Shown here: in pieces, positions 1 through 11,090 of the stretch
Position numbering within the stretch: the stretch's first letter is position 1
Layout: each line of letters begins with the position of its first letter
NCBI RefSeq assembly: GCF_009914755.1
Contig: NC_060925.1
DNA length: 64,000 nt
Reading direction: 5' to 3' (one strand)
Source of the DNA: the human T2T-CHM13v2.0 reference genome, Homo sapiens
Position numbers and translations under genes: made by a program
Notes under the pieces: generated by a model
Database searches by the model: none
Told to the model about the DNA's origin: nothing
Seen by the model: only the letters and a program-made list of their open reading frames with translations

Positions 1-666
1 CACATTGCTGGGAAACAATTGCAAATTCTTTGTTTCTCCCCTTAAAGATGTCATTTGAATCTAGGAGAGCCAAAATCTAGTGGGGAGGGATAGATAAAGA
101 CAACTAGAGATGAAATCAGGTTGTGCCAAATACCAAAAAGGAATCTCTCACATTACCAACTAGCTGAGTCCCTTCCTGTCAGCAAATAAGACATAGTGGT
201 ATGGTAGATGTTTATCATAATCTGAATTGGCAAGAGAAAAACTCAATTCTAATTACAAGTTTGTAGTTGAGAAATTCTCTGATCAACCCGAAGCAAGAAA
301 TTGAGAATTTCTACTGCAGAGAGGAATGTATTCTTTTCTGGCATGACCAATTTTCTATATAAACCTTAGTGCTTCAGCTGCCCAAGAGTTCAGTTTTAGA
401 AACTGTCTAAAGTTACAGAAAATTATTTGCTTTTTGGGGCAAAGAATCCAGTAGCAGCAATATCTCCATTTATTTTGCTAATAAGACCTGTGTTTCTAAA
501 TAGATTCAAAAAAAGCTTAACATGATGGATGCAACCAGGTCCCCAAATCAGTGAAACTCTCATTCCAAATGCATTCAGCATTTATCAAGAATTTTCATGC
601 ACCCATAATTTATTGCATCTCTGCTTTGTGCGTAGAATTGAAGGGTGGAAGAGAAATATAGGTCTG

Positions 667-888
667 ACTTTGAGGGGCTGAGCCAAGAGGACTGAAGACA
701 GGAATTCAAGACCAGCCTGGGCAGTATAGTGAGACTTCGTCTCTACAAAAAGTTGTTTTAAAATGCTACTTGGTAAGGCTGATGTAGGAGGATCGCTTGA
801 GTCCAGAAGGTTGAGGCTGCAGTGAGCCATGATTCTGCCATTACACCCCAGCCTGGGCAACAGAGCGAGACCTCATCTCTAAAAAAGA
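667..888 (+). mobile_element. AluJ-type SINE, 5'-truncated, start of right monomer deleted
   Basis: GAATTCAAGACCAGCCTGGGC...GGATCGCTTGAGTCCAGAAGGTTGAGGCTGCAGTGAGCCATGAT...CAGCCTGGGCAACAGAGCGAGACC plus A tail; J-type GGATCGCTTGAG and GAGGCTGCAGTG. Confidence 0.9.
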
Positions 889-1497
889 GAAATCTAAGTC
901 TACTTTCCAATAGCTTAAAATTTCAATTGGACAGGAAATACACAGGTGCATGATGAACTTGGGTCCCTGGCAAGGGGATATATCACTTAGTTAGGTGTTG
1001 GATGGTGCCCGTAAAATGCCAGCAGCAAAAGCAGTAGGTGTGTGCTAAGCCTAATACAAATATCCCTGAGTTAGAGGGAAGTCGAGCAGAATTGCCAAAT
1101 GCTTAGGACTGCTTTTTGCCATCTTCAGTCACCTCACTGGTTTTCCTAGGCACTTCTCCTTGATATAGTTTTGTCAGATATGTGTTTGGGACCTCCTAGC
1201 TTCTGCTCTCATCATCTTCTAATTAACTTCTGATACCAGATCTTTGCTTTTTCTCATGCTGCTTGCTATTCACTTGCCTCATGGATTGAATCTTATAATA
1301 CCTGCCAATTCTGTTTCCTCATACTGTGAATGCCTAGATTTCATTTTGCATAGAGCTGGACACCACATTCTGGAAGCATTTTCATTTCATAAAAATTTAG
1401 GTTTATGACATAGCAGGGAGAGCCCAATATTAGGGTAAGGTGGCCCCTCAAGGTCATTCTGGACATTGTAAGTCGGCCCTTCCTTGTGTTATTCCAG

Positions 1498-1660
1498 GGT
1501 GTAAACGGGATGGCATCCATTTGATTTTCATTATTCTGGGACAAAGTTGCTTCCGCCTTCCTTTAATTAGGAAGTCCTGCAAAGAATATCATGAGTCGCT
1601 CTCAATCCCAACCAGCTGGGTATTTTAAACACCAAGCACATTACTCTTCCTCTGGGACAG
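1498..1660 (+). other. Candidate non-coding exon (splice signals only)
   Basis: Acceptor CCCTTCCTTGTGTTATTCCAG|G and donor CAG|GTAAGC; stops in all three frames. Confidence 0.25.
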
Positions 1661-2109
1661 GTAAGCATTTCTAACCTGCCTTTAAACAAACATAATAGTA
1701 AAAAGATAGATACCGTGGAGCAATGAACAGACTTGAGAATTTATGCTCAGCTATTTATCTTAGTTTTACTGAAGCTATGGGGCCTGAGACAACTCAGGAA
1801 ACATATGTACAAGATAAAAACACACATCAAATAACTCCGTAACTAGTGGATAATTGATTAAAATAAAGCCACCTGCATAAATCAATAGGTCCTAATCACG
1901 ATATTTGTTTTTACAGATTTCTTTGTAGTCAATTAGGACTGCCCATTAAAGTGGCAGAATAAGCACAGTGCCTGCTGCTATGATGTGATGGGCCGTGGGA
2001 AACACTTTTCGCCTAAAATCACCTCCTGCAATGGCCTACTTAAGGCATTTGATTCACCTATGTTAACAAGTGAGTATTACTTTAAGTCTATATCATAGAT
2101 TGTCCCTTT

Positions 2110-2285
2110 TGATTTTCACAGCCAGCAGAATAAGTAGGTATTTTTATAATTCCTAACTTTACAGATTAATATTGAGCATCAGAAATATTAAGTTAGTAAC
2201 TCAAGATCACTTGGCAAATGCCAAAGCCTGCTTTGAGAACTCATGTTGTCTGACTCCAAATCTCACATTTTATCCACTCACCACT
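2110..2285 (-). mobile_element. MIR SINE
   Basis: TTTACAGATTAATATTGAGCATCAGAAA...CAAGATCAC...GTCTGACTCCAAA resembles antisense MIR core. Confidence 0.7.
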
Positions 2286-2404
2286 CCTCAGTCATGAGAG
2301 AGCCATTTCTTCAGTCCTTGTTAAAAGGGTACTCTTCAGGAAATTATGAAAATGTACATATCCTTGTACACTTAACCTGTCTTGTATCTTGACTGTTTAG
2401 TTTC

Positions 2405-2498
2405 TTGCTACTCAAAGTGTGGTTTATGACAAGCAGCATTGAAATACCTGGAGCCTCATTAGAAATGCAGACTCTCAGACTCCACCCTAGATTTACTG
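2405..2498. mobile_element. MER5A-type hAT-Charlie fragment
   Basis: TGCTACTCAAAGTGTGGT...AGCAGCAT...TTAGAAATGCAGACTCTCAG...CCACCCTAGA. Confidence 0.8.
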
Positions 2499-2876
2499 AG
2501 AAAGAAAAGGACACAGTGGGAAATAGGGACAGCTGGAAAGAAACAAAATTTTCAGAAATGCCAAAGTCAAACTGTAACAAGTTTATAATTTATTTTAATA
2601 GAGTGATCTATGATCCTTGCACAAATTTCTTGAAAGCAGAAATATTCTCTTATAGTTTCTCAGATGTCAGAAAACTGAGGGAAGCTTATATAGCTTTGGG
2701 CCCAGCCTCTAATCCAGAGTTTTGTTATCTAATGTTTTAAGGAAGCTGAAGCAAATTTGATGGAATTGGTGTGTGTCTTGCCCTCTTTTCCTGTTTTGAT
2801 TGTGTACCACTTGGTGTCATATTTGCAGCAATGGTGTAGTATTGACGAAGAAGCATTTAGACTTTCTTACACTCAC

Positions 2877-2898
2877 CTTTCACAGAGGTCAGTGGTGT
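2877..2898 (-). other. Candidate 22-nt microexon
   Basis: Minus strand: ctttaacccttactcctctaccattaccctttgtctcactgccttacag|ACACCACTGACCTCTGTGAAAG|gtgagt. Confidence 0.4.
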
Positions 2899-3061
2899 CT
2901 GTAAGGCAGTGAGACAAAGGGTAATGGTAGAGGAGTAAGGGTTAAAGCTTCAGGATAAGAAAAATTATATATATACAAGGAAAGTTATTCTCCATCCGGA
3001 ATTTGTTAAGAAAGACATGGAGAAGATAGTAAAGATGGACTAGTTAATATTGTAAAAAGCA

Positions 3062-3232
3062 TCAGTAACATGGGTACCATTTCTCCAATATCAAATATTT
3101 TGTCCTATTGTTAGACCAATATGTCTGTTTGGTGTTCAGAAAATGTGGTTGCCATATGTGTGTTTGATAATGACCATATTCATCCACTGCCAGGATGAAA
3201 CTGCTCTGGGAAGTTTCACAAGCAGTGGCCAT
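3062..3232 (-). CDS. Candidate small ORF / alternative N-terminal coding exon, MATACETSQSSFILAVDEYGHYQTHIWQPHFLNTKQTYWSNNRTKYLILEKWYPCY (unrecognised)
   Basis: ACCATGG Kozak context; in-frame TAA two codons upstream; lies just after acceptor ctaataatttatttcctccaacag|cag (3306); 56 aa, below the ORF-track cut-off. Confidence 0.25.
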   Translation of the reverse strand: MATACETSQSSFILAVDEYGHYQTHIWQPHFLNTKQTYWSNNRTKYLILEKWYPCY

Positions 3233-3581
3233 GGTTTAGATGAACAGTGCATCACTCTTGTCCAGTTTTCTTGAAGCCAAATAGTCTTTGCAAAAATGTT
3301 GGCTGCTGTTGGAGGAAATAAATTATTAGAAATGAGCATTATTTGCAACTCTACAAATTAAAAGGCCTGGGGTGGTTGCTAATTAGAAACTTGTAAGTTG
3401 TGTGCTTAGAAAGGGGTTAGAGCAATTTTTCCCTTAAATCAGTGCAGCCTTGAGTGGGGTGAGAGTCCCAGTCTGGATTGTAGCTTCCCCTGGTTTTATC
3501 TATGTAGCCAAGAAGTATGAGCCCTGCCCCACATAGGAAAACGTGGCTGATGAAGGAGACAAGAAGCAAAGAAAATCTTCC

Positions 3582-3590
3582 ACTTACCTT
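3582..3590 (-). other. Consensus 5' splice site AAG|GTAAGT (possible end of an upstream or first exon)
   Basis: Plus strand ACTTACCTT in non-repeat sequence. Confidence 0.35.
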
Positions 3591-4928
3591 TGAGCTCTGA
3601 AGCTCTCAAGTTGTCATACCCAGGTGGAAACCTGAGGCTGGACTAAAGAGTCCAGATGTCAGGCTGCCTGGCTCATTACACTTATGACCCACTTCTAGCC
3701 ACTGGAGGGCATTTCCAGCAGGGATTGGCAACTGTACACACAACTGAGCCCTCTCTGATTGCTCACTGCTTTCTTCCTGCCCCTTCTTTTTTTTTTTTTT
3801 TGCTCATCCATTTTTTTGTTTTTCTTTGTGCTGTCTGCCCCTCCCTAACTGGTAGATTTTTATTTTCTTTTTTCCTATTTAGAGGCCTCCCTAGCACAAT
3901 TTCTGCTGTGACAGCAGTTCACATCACTCACTACCCTGGTGCCGCCTCATCTTTGCTCTCTGGGGTTGATAAATATGTAGTTCTAGCATGAAAGAGACTG
4001 GGTGTAATCACTGGAGACTTTTCAGAGTGAAAACATCAGCGCTCTTTGCAGACACTGCCTAACTGAGAACAGCTTGAGAAAATAAGTTCTATGAAAAGGC
4101 GAAGGGAGGGGAAAGCCACTAGAAAAGTGGGAGGAAGAAGATAAATATCAGGAAAAATCTATTTTATGGAAAGTGGGTCAAACTCACCAATACTAGTTGT
4201 TTAAGAATATCCTCTTGGGACAGAAAAACTTTTTTCCATACTAAGAATTCTAATTAAGAAGTAGGATTATCCTGAATACTAACTTGGTAGAGGTTTGCTT
4301 TTTTTTTTTTTTTTTTTGTCAGGGTAACTTTACAAAATTGAAGATGTGAAGAAGATTATCTGGGCTTTAACAGCCTATTTAGGAGACCAGTTCTTATTAT
4401 TAAGAAAGACATAGTGCTTAGTTCATAGTGCTACTTAATTATGATTGTACCTTGTCTATAAATTATAAAATTTAAGAAATAATGTATTTTCAGAGACAAA
4501 ACATCCCAACATTCTGTTGGTAAATCACCCTAACAGTGCATTCATTCAAGTGTAATAAAATTTTATTTTCCACAAATATGCTATTAATTAGAGTCTTCTT
4601 TAATTTATCTTTCCTTAGAGTTGGTTTGACTAAGCAATCTTTAATTTTGTCAGAAATGGAGTGATAGCTCAGGCTATTACAGTAAAAGTTATTGAAACCC
4701 TTGAAGGCCAGAGGGTAGAGGCTGGTATAACACCTAATCCACAGGGTTTTGGATAATCACTCTCACTATCTTCCAGCAAAAAATTTCCGAGTAGTGATTT
4801 GATATCATTGTCAGTGTTCAACTCCTGTGTTCTTCCCCTTCACCTACAATTCTCTCATCCCTTCACCCTCACGATTAAGCCTGACTTTGTCATATAGTAC
4901 CCATACACTTATAAGGCAGAGTACTCTC

Positions 4929-4995
4929 AGGTCACGTGGTCGCATTTTATTTTCAGCACTGATTGACCAATAGGCTTAGAATCAAAACGGAAATT
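4929..4995. promoter_or_regulatory. E-box (GTCACGTGG) + CCAAT + ETS-like (CGGAAAT) motif cluster
   Basis: GGTCACGTGGTCG...GATTGACCAATAGG...AACGGAAAT within about 65 bp, CpGs retained. Confidence 0.3.
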
Positions 4996-6069
4996 AACAA
5001 ACAATTGAAAAAAATTTGAATTGAAAAAATAATTGAAAAAAATTCAATAAATAAACAAACCGTTTGAAAAGAGCATTTAAAGCTTATGATTATGCTAGGC
5101 TGCTTGATTTTCCATCAGCTTCCAAGTTTCTTCCTCTTGAATACTCTAATGAAGTACTGATCAAAGGTTTTCTCACTTCCACATCTCCATACAAGTTGGC
5201 ATCTTTTCTGTTCCTCTTTTTGGCTGAAAGATTTATGCTTTGTAATTCTTTTTGTTCCAGGGATCTCTGCTTGTTCTATGGAAGAACATTTAGCTATGTA
5301 GCCCTAGGAGGCAGGAATTCATGGCCAGCAGAAAGAAGCAACCACTATTCACACATACGCATCAGTAGACACATTGGCACTTAATCTTGCAAGTAAGATG
5401 TAGATTCTTGACGTTCTATTCAGGAGGTCTAGTAGGCATTTGTGTAGACAGACAGAGAGGGAAGAATGATAATGTACTGGCCGAATAAGGGGGACCCAAC
5501 TTTTTTTTGCTAACAATTGGAGCTTTTGGAAAAGGCCTTAGTTACCTTAGGAATTTGAGTTCATCATTGGAGATGTTCACCAAGAACTTGTATAATATCT
5601 TCTTAGGGCTTTATACTACATACGTGCCTTTGTATATGACTGATTTATGACTCTGTGTTGAGTTCTATGAATCCGGGGAAAAAGTAAGTAGGCTTATTTG
5701 AAGTTTTAGTTTGTAAGATAAGGTATCAATTGTGTTGAAACCTTCTTAGTCTCCCCAGTTCCCACCCTAGATATTGATCATTTGTTTTGTTTTGTTTTGT
5801 TTGATTTTTTGCTAGTTCTAATTCTTTCAAATTTAAGGTAGTCCATATATTTGAGCATCTATTTGGTGCTGTGTACTGTACTAGCTTCTGTAATTATTTT
5901 CATAAGGACTTTTTTTTGGTAGTTAGCTTCATTGTAAATAAGATTTTGTTGGCAAAGTGGCAAATTTTCAACATAAAGCTGAGAAGGTAAAATATGACCC
6001 AATTGACAACAGGGACAAATTTGAAAGTCTTCAATAGCGGGATGCTATTCTTCACAGTAATTACAGTGA

Positions 6070-6265
6070 GAGTGGTTTTATATAAGGGGTTTTACAGTCA
6101 GGCAGACTTCAGTTTGAATCCACATCTGCAGCTAATACTGCGATTTTAACCACTTAATATTCTTCAAACTCAATGGTCTCATCAATACATTTGAGACAAT
6201 ACCATTATCCACAACACAAAGGTTAAATAAAAATAACAAATTTAGATTATCTAGTGCCTAGATTA
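6070..6265 (+). mobile_element. MIR SINE
   Basis: AGTCAGGCAGACTTCAGTTTGAATCC...CACTTAA...CTCAATGGTCTCATC. Confidence 0.65.
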
Positions 6266-7087
6266 TATAACCTTCCAGAAATATACATGAATCATCTTTC
6301 CTTTAGGAAGCCAGGTCTTAACTTAGAAAAATGAAATTTTTTCATCCTGGTGAGTGCACCAACACTGTTATCTGCTTTGTTAGTTTCTTGAGTGACCATA
6401 GGATGAGAAGGCCTTCAAACACCTAAGTCTTCTTGGGGTGAAAATGACAATACGCTGGTGCCTCCACTTAGGTAACATGGTTGTACTGCTAATATTATTG
6501 CTGTACTGCTTTCAGCACCACAGCCCCCACTTGATCCTTTCTCAACTAACTCCTCTAGCACAATGCTGGAGCCAGAGCAAGATTAGTGCTCTAACTCCAG
6601 TGCAGAAGAATAATTTTGAATACAGAGCTAGAACTCTGCCCTGGGGCACTTTTCTGTGAGTCCCAAGCACCAAGCCCAGGCCCTGAGTAACTCAGGGCAC
6701 AGTGACTCCCAGGAGAGAGAGAGAAGTGGAGTTTCCCACCCAGAACTCTGCCTGACTTTTTGAACACAATTCTGTTCCACCCTCAGTTTTTTTGTTTGTG
6801 GTTTGTACAGTCCATACTATCCAAAATTCTGGTACTAGATTTGGAACAATAGCTTCTTTCTGGATAGACTCATTAAGCTTTAAGTCAATGGCTTTTCTTT
6901 AAGACTTATGTCCTGGAACAACAAATAGAGAGTAATCCTAGGCTCCACTTTGTTATCTTGGGTAAAATTCAATTGTAGAAGTAATGTTTTAGAGAGAAAG
7001 GAGCCACTAAGTCTACTAAAACACTTAGAAATACCTTAGAAAGTGCTTAAAACAGCATTTTTGTATGCATTCAGGTTAAAAGAAGTA

Positions 7088-7993
7088 CAATCAGCCCTTT
7101 GTATCCACAGGTTTCACATCTGTAGCTTAAACAGTAGATTGAAAATGTCAAAGAAACAATACAAATAATACAAATTTTAAAATACAGTACAAAAACTATT
7201 TATATAGCATTTAAATTTTAAAAATTCTTTTAATTTTTAATTTTTGTGGATACATATTAGGTATACATATTTATGGGGTACATGAGATGTTTTGATACTG
7301 GTATGTAATGTGAAATAAGCACATCATGGAGAATGAGGTCTGCATCCCCTCAAGCATTTATCCCTTGAGTTACAAACAATCTGATTACACTCTTTTAGTT
7401 ATATTAAAATGTACAATGTAGTTATTATTGACTATAGTCACCCTGCTGTGCTATCAAATAGTAGGTCTCATTCATTCTTTCTACTTTTCTTTGTACCCGT
7501 TAACCATCCCCACCTCCCCTACCACACTCTCACTACCCTTCCCAGCCTCTGGTAACCATCCTTCTACTCTCTATCTCCATGAGTTTGTCTTGATTTTTAT
7601 ACCCCACAAATAAGTGAGAACATGTGATGTTTGTCTTTCTGTGCCTGGCTTATTTCACTTAGCACAATGATCTCTAGTTCCAACCATGTTTTTGCAAATG
7701 ACTGGATCTCATTCTTTTTTTGTGGCTGAATAACACTCCATTGTGTTCATGTACCACATTTTCTTTATTTATCCATTGATGGACACTTAGGTAACATTTA
7801 CATTGCATTAAGTATTCCAAGTAACCTAGAGATAATTTAAAGTATATTTTAAAGTATATGGGAGGATGTGTAGGTTATATGCAAACACTATATATACCAC
7901 TTTATGTAAGGGACTTGTTCATCTGCAGATTTTGGTATCTTCAGGGAGTCCTGGAACCAATCCCTTCAGATACCCAAGGACCAGGGACAACTG
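7088..7993 (-). mobile_element. MER2/MER2B (TcMar-Tigger), split by an L1 insertion
   Basis: TA|CAATCAGCCCTTTGTATCC ... GGAACCAATCCC...GGGACAACTG|TA; TA target duplication; GGATGTGTAGGTTATATGCAAA core. Confidence 0.85.
7214..7791 (-). mobile_element. L1MA2/L1MA3-type 3' end nested in MER2
   Basis: GGGGTACATGAGATGTTTTGATAC...ATCCCCTCAAGCATTTATCC...GTGAGAACATGTGATG; flanked by TAGCATTTA (7205-7213) / TAACATTTA (7792-7800). Confidence 0.9.
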
Positions 7994-7995
7994 TA

Positions 7996-8215
7996 TTAGC
8001 TATAGCTTACTGTAAACCAGCCACTGTAGTACGTACTACATATATACTCTCATTTTATCCTCACAATAATCTTCCAAGTATTGCCAAATCTATGACACAT
8101 GAGGAAACAAATGTGAATGAGTAAAATAACATGTTCAGAAGTCACACATCCAGGAACTTACAGAGACAGGATTTGAACCTATGATTGTCTGGTTTCATAG
8201 CTGTCTCTGTTTTGC
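7996..8215 (-). mobile_element. MIR SINE
   Basis: CTCATTTTATCCTCACAATAA...ATGAGGAAAC...CAGGATTTGAACC. Confidence 0.75.
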
Positions 8216-9630
8216 TATGACTAGCTACTTCGATCAAATTGCTACAACAAGCAAATTTATAAATCACATGTAGCATATTGAATAACAACCAAATAATGAA
8301 TTATTAAGGCATGTGTTCACTTCTTCTCCTGGCCACAAGCACTGTTAGGTTTCCATGTTACTTGTTTGCTGGGTGGGCTTTGATCTTTTTGTGTATGACA
8401 CATTCCTAGGTGTTTTGAGACTGTGAAGAGCCACATTGATTTTTAGTTGATGAGGCTCTTACCCCCTACTTGTCCTGATAATATGCCCCAGTGTAGCCTC
8501 TGAAAGGTTTGTGAGGAAAAGGGAGGGGTCATAGCATTGGTTTGCTCAGTTAGGAGATAAAATCATAGGAGCACCTTTCTCTGAAGTCAGGAGAATTGGT
8601 CCTATGTCCTGATGGAAGTTGTAATCAGAGTCCATGGTATTTCCTTGTATTTCCCCAGTGATCTCAGTTGAATGCCACAATCTATTTCGATTTCCATCTT
8701 AGAAGGTCTGGAATAGCCTTTGCAGGGATCATCTGATACAGAGATAGAACATTTCAAGAAATAGTGCAATGGAATTCTTGTGGCCTTGCAATGTAAGTGC
8801 TGAGCATAGATTATTATTTAGAATATATATATTTATACTAATAAAAATTAAGAGTCATGTGCTGGAGTCTTTTTTTCTCAACCCAGATATTGACAGGTGG
8901 TGAGCAGGTGGAGCCAGGCAGTGCTTGTCACGGATGTGTCAGAGTGGTAGGCGGGGGAGGGGTGAAGATATGAGTGAATGATATCGGCTCAGTCGCTCCT
9001 TTCCTGTTGTTGTTGAGTGACACTTGGATATATCACTAAACATATAAAAATAGAAGCTCTGTGTCAGCCTTCTCCTTGTACAGGGTGCTGTGCTGCAGCG
9101 TTTAAATCTGGATGTCAGTATGCCACTATCGTTATTTATAGAGGAGACCCGTATTAACATTTTGAGAGCGACAGAGGAAGAGGGAGAAAGAGAAAAGCAC
9201 ATTTCAGATGGAAGGCACTCTGAATTTTGTCTTGCATTAATTGAACATTTATGTTTATCTCCTTTAAAATAATCACTCCTATCTGTATAGGAATGTACAT
9301 GTTGCAAGGCACTTTCACATACACCACCACCCTGGAGTCCCATAGAGACTCTTTGAGATACAAAATAGAATTTCTCTTCCTGCAGAAGCTCAGGGAAATT
9401 AAGCGACTCCCTAGCATGTTGCTCAGCTGGTGGTGCTAGAACTGGCTCTCAGTTTTGCATTTTCAAAATGCAGTTGTTCCTTCCTCCTATGGGTCATGTA
9501 AGGTATTCATGTCCCCATATAACAGATGAGGAAATTGAGCAAGGAGTCATAAACCCAGGCATGGTATGAGATGTTCATCTAGGCACTGAGGACACAGCAG
9601 TGAAAAAAATGGGTAAAAAATTCTTGCCTT

Positions 9631-9961
<331 letters not shown>

Positions 9962-10375
9962 TCATGTAAAGCTAACATCCTGGTGGTTGTGTTAGATTAT
10001 CTTTACAGTTCTGAAACTCCCTAGTGTAAGTTATGATGCAGAGCTATTTTATCCCTAAAATTTTAATCGTCATTTGGAAATGATAAACTGGCTTAAAAGT
10101 CATAAAACAATAAAATATTTAATACTTTAAAATATTCAGCTAATTTTGGGGAACTTTTGGTTTTCTCTCATATTTTGACTCATATTTTGACTGTTGTGTT
10201 GATTCTGTAGTGGTATGATGACATATTTTCATATTCTGTTCAAGTCAACATAAGTCATAAAGCAGTTCTCTGTGTGTCCAGTGAGACCAAACTGGACCTG
10301 CAGGATCCCTGTGGACCAGAAAGGAAATCTCTCAGTAGACCCCTGCTAACGTGGCTCACATGAACTGATAGCTAG

Positions 10376-10520
10376 GACGGTTATCCCCAAACATCTCTAC
10401 ACTTCAGAATCACCCAGGGAGATTCAAAAAGTATTGATTCCTGTGTCCTACTCCAGTGATTGTAATATAATTGACTTAGCATATGAGCAGAATGTTTAAA
10501 AGGTGATTCAGGAACCACTG
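10376..10520. mobile_element. MER5-family hAT element
   Basis: CAGAATCACCCAGGGAGATTCAAAAAGTATTGATTCCTG...AGGTGATTC...GAACCACTG. Confidence 0.7.
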
Positions 10521-10549
10521 AACTAGAATATAACTAATGGGATGATAAC

Positions 10550-11090
10550 AGACAATTGTTTGCCTACCCAATAGCTGCTGTCAGTCACTTTCTAACTTGC
10601 AAGCAGAACCTCAGCTTTGGTCAGAGTATTAAATCATGATTCAGGGGGTGAATCATGATTGTTTTAAGCCAGTCATTATAATTTCACTCTCTCTGCCAAT
10701 GATTAGTTTGGGGGTAATTATGTGAACCAGAACCAACCAATGAAACAGAAAATAATACCTACTGGAAACAATATGAGAAAGGTTTCTTTGCTATTGACAA
10801 AAGAGACTTCTTTAAGGAAGTAGTCCTTTCCTTTGCCACCTCTGGTTATGACGATGTTGAAAAGGTATAATAGCATTTAGAGACCATGGGGGAAACTAGG
10901 CAAAATACCAGAGCAACAACTGACAATGCTGAATGAAAGATGGAAAGAAACTGAGTCTTGCTGAGATTGTTGGGTTAACAGGATAATGAACTCTAATACC
11001 AACATATCTCCTGACTTTCTGTTATTTATCATTCATTTTACTTTAGTTGGTTTTTCTGAAATTTATAGCTAAAGTATACTAAATGATACA
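10550..11090 (+). mobile_element. Old MLT1 (J/K-like) ERVL-MaLR LTR
   Basis: GAATCATGATTG...AAGCCAGTCA...AAAGATGGAAAGAAACTGAGTCTT...TAAATGATACA terminus. Confidence 0.75.

Noticed and set aside
8939-9439. 134-aa and overlapping ORFs
   Set aside because: No recognisable domain; partly in MIR-like sequence; no convincing paired splice sites
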